A stretch of 64,000 bases of DNA, taken from NCBI GenBank assembly GCA_002269645.1, contig NIVC01003020.1, positions 1 to 64,000 of the forward strand, written 5' to 3'. Source of the stretch: Macrostomum lignano (lineage: Eukaryota). Of the stretch, positions 38,101-49,456 are shown piece by piece. The notes beneath the pieces are model-generated. The model made no database searches and had not been told where the DNA came from. It saw nothing but the letters and a program-made list of their open reading frames with translations. Each line of letters begins with the position of its first letter. The first letter of the stretch is position 1. The position numbers were made by a program, and so were the translations under genes.

Positions 38101-39031
38101 ATTCCAATTTACTACTGCCAAGATAACTACAAGTAAACTGTTGAAAAAAGTAGTTAGTAGTTATAACTACGCAACTTGGTTTTGCTGTTACATTCAATGC
38201 TTGTATTTTGACAACCCACTAAACTCGTATGTTTGTATTAGGTAAAGCAGAAAGTTGTCGCAGGTTTTAAGGCCTTCTATGAAATGAAGTGCTTGAAGTA
38301 CATGTAATGGTACTGTATCACAGTAGCTGGAACTTGAATTTGGGTTTGCTCTACATCAGTCAATGCATGTCTTTTTTATTCTGCAGCACACAAGGCTTCC
38401 AGAAATTCTGTAGGCTTATCTTTGCAAATTGCAAGAACTTTCTGTTTTACTAAATATTGTACTAGCTTTAACAACTATTCTAGCTATTTTACTCTAGTTA
38501 TTCTACCCGTGTAGTCATTTGCCGCCAAAATAAGCTTGTAATTCCCAATGACCTCTGCTTATGCTTTCTGTTTTTCTTTTTTCTCTTCAATAGTTACTGG
38601 CTTTGTTTTGACTCTCAGTGCCAGTCTATCGCTGCACTGCTCCAAAAACTTTAAAAAATTGAAAACGTTACTAGGAAAACACAAGCTCCATGTGTAAATT
38701 AATCTCAGTCAGGTATGGACAGGTAATGGAGACACTATTGATGAACCATAAGTGACAGAGAATGAACAGAAATGTAAATTCTACCTTGTTTTAGCATTTT
38801 CGTTGCTGCAGGATGGTTGCCGTGTTCTCTCAGACCTTCTTGTTCTTCTTGTAGTACCTACCTGGTACTAAAAATCACTGTACTAATTAGCATACCTGTA
38901 CACTATGCAGACAATGCGATAGGATTTCAACTATTGCTTTTTTGGACGTCTGTTGGGTCATAGATTCATGGGAAATCAATATTTTTTAGGGTATATTTCA
39001 TTGACCGAACTCTCTCTTCAGGGGAGGCGTG
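35147..39031 (+). mobile_element. Chapaev-type (CMC) DNA transposon, full length (3885 bp), 322-bp TIRs, 4-bp TSD AAAG
   Basis: TIRs 35147-35468 and 38710-39031 begin CACGCCTCCCCTGAAG and end CTTCAGGGGAGGCGTG. AAAG is duplicated at 35143-35146 and 39032-39035; a 5-bp TSD does not match. CAC..GTG ends with a 4-bp TSD are the described Chapaev signature. Confidence 0.9.
36032..38070 (+). pseudogene. Chapaev DDE transposase (RAG1/Transib-related), about 680 aa, disrupted
   Basis: N-terminal Chapa Zn finger H-x7-C-x2-C...P-x2-I-C-x2-C (HEENRRCVCILC...PLSICNSC). Core motifs AIDRGGNSLKV, ACDFKLAN, QSHSSSHPCLYC, PPPELHMMLG, YHGGCLEG, TPKMH, SEQAVESAH. Frameshift at about 37377-37380 and in-frame TAG stops at 37468 and 37585. 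Confidence 0.85.
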
Positions 39032-40065
39032 AAAGTATTACTGCCAAATTGACGGATGCGCCATGGGAAGCCCCCTTGCCCCAATGCTTGCCAACATTTG
39101 CCTTTCCAATTAGGAGAAAGAATGGCTAAGAAGCGATTGCACTGCACTCCTAAATTCTTTTAGAGATATGTCAATGACACGCTTTTGATCTTTGACAAAA
39201 AAGTGGACCACACCAAGTTCCTTGATTTATTAAATAATATGCATCCTAACATCAAATTCACTGTTGAGGGAAGCGGAAAAACCATACCATTCCTTGACAT
39301 TGACATAAACATTGAAGATCAGCAGCTTTTGACCAAAGTTTATAGAAAACCAACCTTCACCAGCTTTCTGCTTAACTTTAATTCGATCTGCCCAAAGCAG
39401 TGGAAAATTGGCCTGGTTTGCTGCATGCTCCACCAGGCTTTTGAAATATTTCCGTATGAATGATTACCCAGAATCTCTGCTTAGCTACTATCTTAAAAAG
39501 TTTCTCAACCAAAAATTACAATTACAAAAATCCAATGTGAATGAACAATAGCAAGATCAGTCTCAGACCAAATATAGGCACCTTTCTATCCCCTACTATG
39601 GCGAGGCTTTGATCAGTTTTAAGAAAGCGCTCCTCTGGTGCTTTAAGCAGTTTTCTAATGATAATCTGAGAATCACCTTTTATTGCGATAAAGTTGGCCA
39701 GTATGTCTCTAAGCTTAAAAGCTGTGTGCCTCTGCAACTACGTGCAGGTGTCGTCTACCAATTCCAGTGCTCTGTTGATCAGAGTTACCTACCTAGGTAA
39801 ATCGAAACGGCACTTGTATGTTAGGGGTAGAGAACACTGGTTAAAGCCATCAGCAGTGCAAGACCATCTTATGGCCTGTAGTAAATGTGCCAACAGTGAA
39901 CAAAAGGATAGGTTTACTATCATACATAGTTGCAATATCGATCATTGCCTTAAGATTATTGAAGCTATGTACATTAAAAACTGGCAACCAACTTTAAATA
40001 AACAGTTGGGTTATTCTGGGGCCAGTGCTCTCCTGAGAGTGTTCTAATGTACACCCACTACCTGG

Positions 40066-40099
<34 letters not shown>

Positions 40100-40235
40100 T
40101 TCTCTATCTGTCTTGGTTTGATCTGTTGACTCCCCCCGTGTTTTGTTATTACAATTTTGTGCATCACTGACTATTTGCCACTGAAACGTATTTATACTCT
40201 ACATTTTGACTTAAATTAAATAAATTCTAATCTGC

Positions 40236-40267
40236 CCGATGATGCCTAAAGTTAGGCGAAACATGTC
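40236..40267 (+). ncRNA. Degenerate minimal hammerhead ribozyme motif in the Penelope pseudo-LTR
   Basis: CCGATGA-T-GCCTA/AAGT/TAGGC-GAAA-CATGTC: core variant of CUGAUGA, stem II, GAAA, palindromic ACAUGU stem III and a GUC cleavage triplet. Stem I is not convincingly paired. Confidence 0.5.
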
Positions 40268-43184
40268 ATTCTAATGAAAATGCTCGCAATCTCCTTTCTT
40301 TTACTTCTCATTATCAAGCGTGCTATTCTACCAGAATTTATTAGGTATAATTCATAAGTTTTTAAGTCTATAATATAGCTTACCAAGGTATCTTTGTTTT
40401 TCTCTACCTGTTACTAATATTTATAATTTTTAAATTAATAACTATGGCTATAGCCATGGAAATCTATAGAATATAATAGCAACTACCATATTTCCATAGT
40501 CATAGTAAAAAGTAGCTATTTATTAGTATTATAAGCATATTTATAATTGCCATAGGCACCTTATTTTATCATATTTGCCATACACATAGGTTCCCATAGC
40601 CATAGTTATAGCTATGGTGGAACAACATAGTCTAGATAATGCTGGATGCACGCCTGAACAAAAATTGAATAATTACAATTGTACACTGAAAAAAATGTAA
40701 TGCACACCCATTTTCAAAAATACGTTGGTGTTGCAATAATAAATGATATTTTTTATGTTGTGACAAAAAATACCATTTTTAAATTGTGTAATAGACTCTT
40801 TTTACCAGATAATTTGGTTGCTTTTTATGCTTTTTGGCAATACTTTTTACAGCAGAAAATTTATATACGCAAAGATTTGTTTAAATGCTTTTTTACAAGC
40901 TTAAAAAACTGGAAAGCTTGAAATTTGTGCCTAAAAATGAACTTTCTTCATCTTTTTTCAAATTCACAATAACTCTTATTTGTGATCTGTGAAGTGCATG
41001 CTAGGTATGCACACACTATTTTCTTAAGGGTGATGCACACCAATTGTGCACGCCTAATTTTGGCATACAAGGCCAATGTATGCCTAAATTTTTGGGCATA
41101 TACTACATGATCTGGGGTGTGGGTGGAACATTGAGGCCTACTATACAGATGAGATATATAGATAAAGGCTTCATATTAATAGAACTTCATAAATTTGCTT
41201 TGTTACCAATAATGGATTAATGGCTATTTGCTTAGTAACAGTTGTCACCAACTAGGCCTAGTCATATAATAAGCCCTTATAAAAGGCATTCCAAAAGTTT
41301 TTTTCATAAACCAATAAATTTATTTTGGCATTAATAGCTCCATTTAGATGCTTAATTAGTTCATTTTTTGCTACTATTTAGATCATATTGTTCTCTAGAA
41401 CAATTGACTTTTTGGTAGACTTTTTGGCACAGCATTTCAACCAAGCTGTAACTATTAATTACATATTTGGTGTCGTAACTGTGCTATATAAGCAGTTGTC
41501 TTCCTTATATGTATATAATTGGCATCATTTTGTTATGCCACTTTATTCTTTAATGGTTTGACAAACAAATATAATTCATTAAATAGCTCATATTCATAAG
41601 TTGATAAAATTTATAACTTTTATTTATTTATTTAATATGCATGATGTCTCCAGTTCTGCTTCTGTACATTTCTGAAGACAATTAAAAATTAAATTGCTGA
41701 CTCAATTACTCTTAGATTGCATTTTTGTAATGTTTTTCCATCATCACTAGTGTCATCTCTTTCCTTTTCTGTATTTCCAGGTGTCAAGAGCTGTTCTCAG
41801 CCACTACATCATGCAATTGAGGTTTGTAATTTAATCGAATAAGTTTTATCTTTAACTGACATTTTGTTTTGCTTTCCAGCACAGTTTAGAGCTGGGGTGG
41901 CTTATCTTATGCTATCCTTGGTGTCGTATCTGTGCAATATTGTTCATGCCAAAACGCTAGGGCCATCTCCAGTTTGCATACAAATGAGCTGTCCTTTAGT
42001 CATTTGGCTGACAGAGAGCAATGCTCAGCTTATTTTAAATATCTAAAATGATGTTTCCAGTTCTGCTTCTGCAATCTCGCTGAAGACAATTCAATAAATA
42101 CCAAAACTGCTGATTATTAAAGTCAAAATCTACTCTTTTGTATTTGCTATAGCGGTTATCAATGCAAGTTACTCACAAAAAATTATCCCCATTTTATTTC
42201 AGAAGTGGCGAGGCTGATTGATTCTCGGTCTGCTGGTAACCGGCTTGCTGCCTGCTAATCTGCTTATTGTTCGGGTCGCCTGTGTTTTCCAGACTTCATG
42301 ACGAGCTTTTTCTCATACTCATTGCTTTTTTATTGCATTCTTTTTAGATAACGCATTTTTACAATGAGTTCATTCTGCATTTGAATAAAATATACAAAGC
42401 TTGGTTGCTCCATTGTCACGTTTTTTGCATTCCATTGTTAATTCAATACCAATCTGCTCAGGTGTTTTTTACTATTCTTTCATGAAGAGCATACATGCGC
42501 AACCACCCAGATTTACACCGGCTGTGTGACTTGCGAGTTGCGACTTACATATGGAAGAAGCTTGAGCATAATCAATGTAATTTTGGGTATATGGCAAGTA
42601 ATTATAACTATTATTAAGGCTAAATACCTTGTCACCTAATTAGTTCTGCGTCTTTCCGGTAGGCATTTTTGTGACTTACGTCGGCTGGGTCTCTCGCCAG
42701 CCGGCCAGGTGTTGCGCATGTATGAGCGAAGAGCACTCGGCCTTGGAAATCCACTACAGCACTGGAGTGTAGCCCACAACCTACAGTAAGGCTCCGGCCA
42801 AAGTTGGCGACTCTATACCCCATTCAGGCCCCCGTCTTTGGCTCTCGTGGGATAAAGAAGCAGCCGGGAAGGAAGTTCTCGATTGCAGCAGGTTTTGGCT
42901 GCAGATCTGCTTTGAATCCTTTAATAAGTCATGCGGAAGCTGGACGATGTCGACCAGAGATCGTCAGTTTGGTCTGAAACAACTAGAAGCTGACTGATGG
43001 GTTGCATCGAAATTTTAGACTTGATGTATTTGAAGGATTATTAAGTGGCTTTTATGGTCACAGATTTCTATCATACGGACACACAATTGGCTGCCATAAT
43101 TTAGGTTAGGTGGCAACATTGAGGAGAGGTCAATGCTTGCAGAACCCAATCGTGCAGTAAATTGATTTTTTTCAGCAACAAAAC

Positions 43185-44193
43185 CTGTTACACTGACGGC
43201 TCTATGAGGCATTGTCTTTCATGCTTCGGAGCTTGCGTCTTCTTCAAGGGAGAAGTGGTGTGGAGCTACTCCCAGTCCCAGCACACTGGGCTCAACTCCA
43301 GTGTTTTTCAGAGCGAGGTGCTTGCCATCAGCTCCTGCGCGGCAGAGCTGCGCCGAAGGCAGCTTAGCGGTCGGAAATTTAATTTTCACTCTGACAGCCA
43401 AGCAGCCCTTCGGGCCCTCTGCCGCTGCACCACCAGCTCCAGGTCCGTCCTGGACTGCAACACCAGCTCAACGGGCTTGCGCTAGGCAACCAGGTGGAGC
43501 TCAGATGGATCCCTGGCCACGGCGTTCCTCGGCAACGAGCGCGCCGACCTGCTGACCAAGGCTGGCTCCGCCGGCGCGCTGCTGGGGCCGGGCCCGGGAG
43601 CCCCCATCCCCGCCTCGGTGATCAACTCCCGCGTTAAGCGCTGGACTGACTCCGAGCATCTCCGCAAGTGGCACGACACCCGGAATTGTAGGCAATCCCG
43701 GGCGGCCGTCCCCTGCCCCTCTCCTCTCCTGCGTAGAGCCCTCCTCAGGCTCAACCACAGAGACCTCAGAGCAGTCAGCATGGCCCTCTCCGGGCATGGC
43801 TGCTTCTCTCGCCACCGTTTCCTTCAGGGCCAAGTACCCGAGGAGCGGTGCCCCTTCTGCCGCTCAGGCAGTGAAAACGCCGAGCATCTGCCACTGCCCG
43901 GTTTTCACCAGGGCCAGGCTCACTCACCTCGGGCCAAACCCGGTTCTCTCCGACGTTTGCAGGCCCGAGAGCATCCCGCTGCTCGCCCGGTACCTCAGGG
44001 ACACGGGACGAGCTGAGTTCTTCCCCACCGCCGGTGAGGAGGACAGCGCTGCAGGCGAGACCGACGGGTCCCCCTGAGCGACATCGCTTCGATGGAAGTC
44101 ATTGGTCGCCAGGGGCTAGCGGAATAGGCGGTCTCCTCCGCCTCCTCGCTGCATCCGCCGGACGCCCCCTGCAGCTAAGTCAAGGCAATTAAG
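43185..44193 (+). mobile_element. 5'-truncated non-LTR retrotransposon (RNase H plus C-terminal Zn knuckle; LOA/R1/I-group-like) with 13-bp TSD
   Basis: YTDGS...SVFQSEVLAI...FHSDSQAALRAL (RNase H), WIPGH, SGHG...CPFCRSGSENAEHL, with frameshifts. Tail has TAAGTCA repeats. TCAGCAACAAAAC is duplicated at 43172-43184 and 44194-44206. Confidence 0.85.
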
Positions 44194-45356
44194 TCAGCAA
44201 CAAAACAAATTGAAACACGAATTTACTACTCTTATAGCGTTAGTAGTGCTTTTATAAAAATTATAGGCTGGTCTGGAGAACATTTTATATTTCCCTTTCC
44301 ACAGAATTATGCAAATTTTAAATAATAAAACTGAATATAAAACGACTGCGAACTCAAATTCACAATTTTATGGAGCCCCGGCCTTCCAGAGTTACTTTTG
44401 TTAAAACTTTAAGCTTTTTATAGCTGCTGAAAGTCAATACAAAGCTAAACTTGGCATTGCATTAAAATTTTTCTCATAGCTGAGAGCCGCCACTCACCCA
44501 ACCCAACCCCACCATTGTTTCCCTGCCTCCGGTGCCCCAGACAACCGTCACCGCCGCGCCCTCCCCTGTGCGGCGATGAAGCAAAGGAAACAAAGAAAAA
44601 GCAAAAAGCAGGGCTGAGCTTCGGCCAGCCGCGGGAAGCAGCGAGGATGGAGCGGCTCGGCCCAAGTCTACCCTCCCGTTGCCACTGGCAACAGCATCCA
44701 GACAGCCACGGGGAAGCGGCTGGGAGGAAGGCTCCAAGGCAGCTCCTTGCGGGATCCCGGGAGAAGCAGCGGGCCTACATCCCGGCCGGCCAATATGCGC
44801 AGCATCAATTAGTTCTGAGCTGTGTTGAGCAGAGCGCGCAGGCCGGGACTGCCAGGGAAAGAGAACTAAAGCAAAGACGGCAGACAAGACATCCAGCCGG
44901 GTGCGTTCGCGCGTACAAGACAGCGGCGCCCCGCCCCTCACCTCAGCCGTGTGCAGCCTGCGCTCTGAGCAGCAGCAAAATGAATTGGCAGGCAGCTGCT
45001 TAACTTTGGCCGCTATTGTAGCCAGCGCGGGCTGGCAAAGCAGGGCTTGAAGCGCCGATTAGCTGTTAATAATTTCCAAGTTTCCTTGCCTCGGAGAAGG
45101 GCTAGCCTAAATAGTAACGGTGCTGCTGCCCTGAAATTTAAAAGGCTTTCGGACTTCGCCAGAACTACAGGGGTGAGTAGCATGCGATCGTCTGTTCAAT
45201 TAAACTGCGCATGACCCAATTTAAATTCATGTTCGAATGAGCTGCCACAGGAAAAATAATATGGAGTCTCGCACAGCAGACACGAGGTCAAAAAACTATA
45301 GAGCGTTCCTGAGAAAATGATGCTTAACTGAGTCCCTTAAAACTGCTGGGGGAAAT

Positions 45357-45835
45357 GCCATGCACAGTATGCCCCATCCCAGTTTATGACATGCACAGTA
45401 TGCCCCATTCCAGTTTATGACATGCACAGTATGCCCATCCCAGTTTATGACATGCACAGTATGCCCATCCCAGTTTATGACATGCACAGCAGTATGCCCA
45501 TCCCAGTTTATGACATGCACAGCAGTATGCCCATCCCAGTTTATGACATGCACAGTATGCCCCATCCCAGTTTATGACATGCACAGTATGCCCATCCCAG
45601 TTTATGACATGCACAGTATGCCCCATCCCAGTTTATGACATGCACAGTATGCCCCATCCCAGTTCATGACATGCACAGTATGCCCCATTCCAGTTTATGT
45701 CATGCACAGCAGTATGCCCATCCCAGTTTATGACATGCACAGTATGCCCCATTCCAGTTTATGACATGCACAGTATGCCCCATCCCAGTTCATGACATGC
45801 ACAGTATGCCCCATTCCAGTTTATGACATGCACAG
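45357..45835. repeat. 30-33-bp minisatellite
   Basis: Unit CCCAGTTTATGACATGCACAGTATGCCCAT, about 15 copies. Confidence 0.93.
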
Positions 45836-45857
45836 CACGCCCGCCCGTAATTCCCAG

Positions 45858-48800
45858 CCTGGCCGGGCATGCACCCGCATCCCACTGTGCGATTCGCGGA
45901 GCCGCTGGAGCTCCAACGGCCGCACCAGCCGGCATCGCCCTCGGTGACCTTCCGCCTGCCCAGCATCGGCAGCGGCCAGCAGCAGCCGCCGCCGCACCTG
46001 GCGGGCAGTCCGGACCTGGCAGCAGCGGCATCCGCCATCTACGACAGGCACGGCTACTCGCCGCCGCGCTCGCCGTGAGTTGTTCGGAATCGAGCTGATG
46101 AAATGAAACCAAGTGCCAGAGTGAATGTCCCCTGGCCTTTCAAGTACTTGTAAAGTTATATTAATAGTTCTACTGGGAGGGGGACACAGCGGTCAGCGCA
46201 ACCGACTCGATCGCGCCCGGTTCGCTTCAATGAGCCCAGGGCGATTAAAAAATTAGACTGGGGCGGCTTCTGCAATTCTCGACGAAGCAGCTGGCACTCC
46301 ATGTGCATGCCTAACGATGAGATCGAGTCGGGGGCAGCTGAGAGGGTGCCTGAGTACACACCCGTGTGCGTCTGTCTGCTCGGGGTCAGCGGCTAAACAT
46401 GACTTTTGCCTTCTGGCTGACTGCGGGTTTGCCATCAGTCGCCAATTGATTCGTGGCAGCGCCCAAAATCCCCTGCGAATACCCTTTCCCATTAAATTAT
46501 TGAGAAAATCCTGAGGCAATTCACCGCATGCACCATTTTCCCATTAAATGATTGAGAAAATCCTGAGGCAATTCACCGCATGCACCTTTTTTCCCATTAA
46601 ATGATTGAGAAAATCCTGAGGCAATTCACCGCATGCACCCGACCGCCAGGAGAGACGCGGCAAGCCAGTGGAAATACCCGCTGCCCAGCAAGTCCCTCAG
46701 GCTCTATGTTGGCCCGCCGCTTCGACCTGCGGAGCAACCGGCTGGCGCGGCGGCCTCCCTGCCAGCGAGCCGCGGCGGCAGCGACATTCTCAGGTGAGAG
46801 CCGCAGGTCTGCGTGCCAACAAAATCAAGTCATGACCAATATCAGCGTGAGCTCTCAGGGTTGGGAGGCAGTGGGTGCCAGCTCTCAGGGCTGGGAGGCA
46901 GTGGGTGCCAGCTCTCAGGGTTGGGAGGCAGTGGGTGCCAGCTTTCAGGGTAGGGATCGCGAGGCAGTGGGTGACAGCTCTCAGGGTTGGGAGGCAGTGG
47001 GTGCCAGCTCTCAGGGTTGAGAGGCAGTGGGTGCCAGCTCTCAGGGTTGGGAGGCAGTGGGTGCCAGCTCTCAGGGTAGGGATCGCGAGGCAGTGGGTGC
47101 CAGCTCTCAGGGTAGGGATCGCGAGGCAGTGGGTGCCAGCTCTCAGGGTTGGGAGGCAGTGGGTGCCAGCTCTCAGGGTTGGGAGGCAGTGGGTGCCAGC
47201 TCTCAGGGTAGGGATCGCGAGGCAGTGGGTGCCAGCTCTCAGGGTAGGGATCGCGAGGCAGTGGGTGCCAGCTCTCAGGGTAGGGATCGCGAGGCAGTGG
47301 GTGCCAGCTCTCAGGGTAGGGAGACAGTGGGTGCCAGCTTTCAGGGTAGGGATCGCGAGGCAGTGGGTGCCAGCTCTCAGGGTAGGGATCGCGAGGCAGT
47401 GGGTGCCAGCTCTCAGGGTAGGGATCGCGAGGCAGTGGGTGCCAGCTCTCAGGGTTTCGCGCTGAAATTCCAGCCCGGGACTGCAGCTTCAGCGCAGCCG
47501 CACAGAGCCAGCTATGGCGGCAGGTGCGCAGCGGCAGCTGGCTGCTCCCTACGTGCAGAGCCGGGCGGAGATTTTCCTGCGCCGCGGACTCCCGCCGACT
47601 GCGTTGTCGACATCCATGCATCAGCAGCCGCGGCTTCGACGAGAAGCGACGCTGGTTTCGCGCGGCGACGAAGCTGAGAGACTGCGGTGGACGATGAGCA
47701 CGCAGAGGCACTGGCAGGTGGACAGGAAGGTGAGTCAAGGACTACTAGGGCGGAAAGCTAAATTTCTTAGAAGCTGTATATCCTGCCTCTCTATTAGCTA
47801 TAACAATATTCTAAGGAAATAACAGCCAATTATTTAAACCAACAACAGCTATACCGTGCAAATGCAAGTTGCAAATTGATTCAAATTTCCTAAAAAAGAC
47901 TAACAGCTTAACACAACAAAGCTCAGTGTGCTTTAACAGTAGAACTACCAATCTAGGATGGATTCCCACCCCCCACTACTATTTTTTGCTGCGCCGGAAC
48001 GGAGCAACGCAGGCACACGAAATTCAGGAACACTCGCTAACTGTTTGTTGTGAATCTTCTAAGATAAGAATCGAGTCGCCAGCCTTCGGTAACGTCAACC
48101 TCGTCAACATATCCAAATATTCTGCCAGGTCGGAGTTTTTCTACAGGCAAAAATCTCCGAAGGGCCCGTCAACTTAAGCTCATAAAGTGGAGTCCCTAAT
48201 TATGCAGTTGCTTGTTCTCCCCTATCCCAAGTCCAAATTTTGTCGCTTTTTGCCAAACCCGATGTCACTGTGAGCAGAATGACGTATCGTCTGTGTACAT
48301 TGGTTACTCGGGCTCAACATTATTAGCTTAAGTCGACCACGTGTCGATCCAAATTTCATCAGCACGTCAACGTGTCTGCATCAGCTAACTTCATTGGTCA
48401 CTGGCCTTAACCCAGGCGGAGCTTCTGGACATTCAACAGGTTAAACACCTTAAACAACAAAGTCAGAGCGGATGCAGACACACGTGGTCGACGTGCTGAT
48501 GAAATTTGGATCGGCTTGACAAGGCTGCACGAAGGCGCAGTGCCGATTGGCGCACATAGGTGCATTGAATGCACCAAATCCGACCTGGTAGAAATCGGCG
48601 AATATCTCGATAGTCCGGAAGGGGGAATGGCTTGGTATTCCCACTGTTAATTCCATAGGTGTCCACCAGCTTCACTTGCATCTTTACAAAGGAGAAAATG
48701 GCATGACTTGTCCAGAATTCCCGTCTGGCCCGGGACAGGCGAGCTCTAGACGTCGCCATGTACAAAACAGATAAAAATTATGCGACTATGACCCCTATTC

Positions 48801-49456
48801 TTCTAAAACATTCGAGATCGTCCAGCGATTCGATTTGAAGAAAGTTGGCCAATTTTTTCATAAAATTGACTTTAGCACCTTTATGTTTAAAAATCTTTAA
48901 TCAGCTCCATACCGAGATGATGAACTAATGTTGACTCTATGCAAACAAACCAATTCAATTATAACGCACAACCGTAAAGCTTAGGTACAGCATGCTTAGG
49001 GTGAAGTATACTCAGGGCCTCAGGAACCCGCCGTGCTATTAAAGTACACTTGACTCTTTCTTGTATTATATACAAGACCTGTATGATTTATAACCCTAAC
49101 AGGCACACACGAGCTTAAATGACGGCTATTATTGAAAGGTAAAATTTACAAAATAGCTACAAGTTCCTACAATATCACTGCGGCTTTTGCAGGGAAGGAA
49201 AAAATACGCAAAAGATTTGCCTCACTGAGAAGCATGCTCAAGTTCGACAACCCCAAACTCGCACTTTCCTCCACAGGGTCAGCAGCGTAATCAGGGCCCA
49301 TTCTCCCGCGAGTTCACGGTGCACGTGACCGCGCCGAGCAACTGGCTGCGGATGAAGTGGGGCCCGAAGCAGCTGCGCCAGGACTTGCGAGCCGGGGACC
49401 AGCGGCCCAGCTACCTGTACACCAAACAGGCCTTCGGGCAGCAGCATGGCTACTAG
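45858..49456 (+). CDS. Uncharacterised multi-exon protein; exons 45858-46074, 46701-46793, 47474-47729, 49277-49456 (ATG at 45869, or further upstream exons)
   Basis: Four GC-rich exons with GT-AG sites whose phases chain consistently (2, 2, 0) into one open frame ending ...NWLRMKWGPKQLRQDLRAGDQRPSYLYTKQAFGQQHGY*. No family recognised. Confidence 0.6.
46486..46638. repeat. ~51-bp tandem repeat, 3 copies
   Basis: TTCCCATTAAAT[G/T]ATTGAGAAAATCCTGAGGCAATTCACCGCATGCACC. Confidence 0.85.
46850..47455. repeat. 30/36-bp intronic minisatellite with two unit variants
   Basis: AGCTCTCAGGGTTGGGAGGCAGTGGGTGCC and AGCTCTCAGGGTAGGGATCGCGAGGCAGTGGGTGCC. Confidence 0.93.
48330..48520. repeat. ~45-bp imperfect inverted repeat pair in an intron; possibly part of a non-autonomous DNA element
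   Basis: GATCCAAATTTCATCAGCACGTC...GTGTCTGCATC (about 48346-48382) is the reverse complement of about 48471-48512. Confidence 0.55.

Larger units (their letters stand above)
35047..40330 (+). mobile_element. 5'-truncated, decayed Penelope-like retroelement (RT plus GIY-YIG), split by the Chapaev insertion; pieces about 35047-35146 and 39036-40330
   Basis: Removing the Chapaev element and one TSD restores FRKLMVIATSGIFLFQEK|YYCQIDGCAMGSPLAPMLANI. This is followed by RYVNDT, MHPNIKFTVE..IPFLDI..TKVYRKPT and GIY-YIG GVVYQFQC...YLGKSKRHLYVRGREH...IEAMYIKNWQPTLNKQ, with stops and frameshifts. Confidence 0.88.
26870..42600. other. AT-rich, gene-free, CpG-poor island of decayed and nested repeats
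   Basis: Abrupt switch from GC-rich coding DNA to AT-rich DNA; no long host ORFs; contains the Chapaev and Penelope-like elements. Boundaries are approximate. Confidence 0.75.

Noticed and set aside
42600-43150. GC-richer block resembling a SINE or structured RNA
   Set aside because: No A/B boxes, cloverleaf, tail or TSD could be identified.
44474-45003. ORFs 44474-44941 (-) and 44515-45003 (+)
   Set aside because: No codon bias, domain or consistent splice chain; at most UTR or promoter sequence of the downstream orphan gene.
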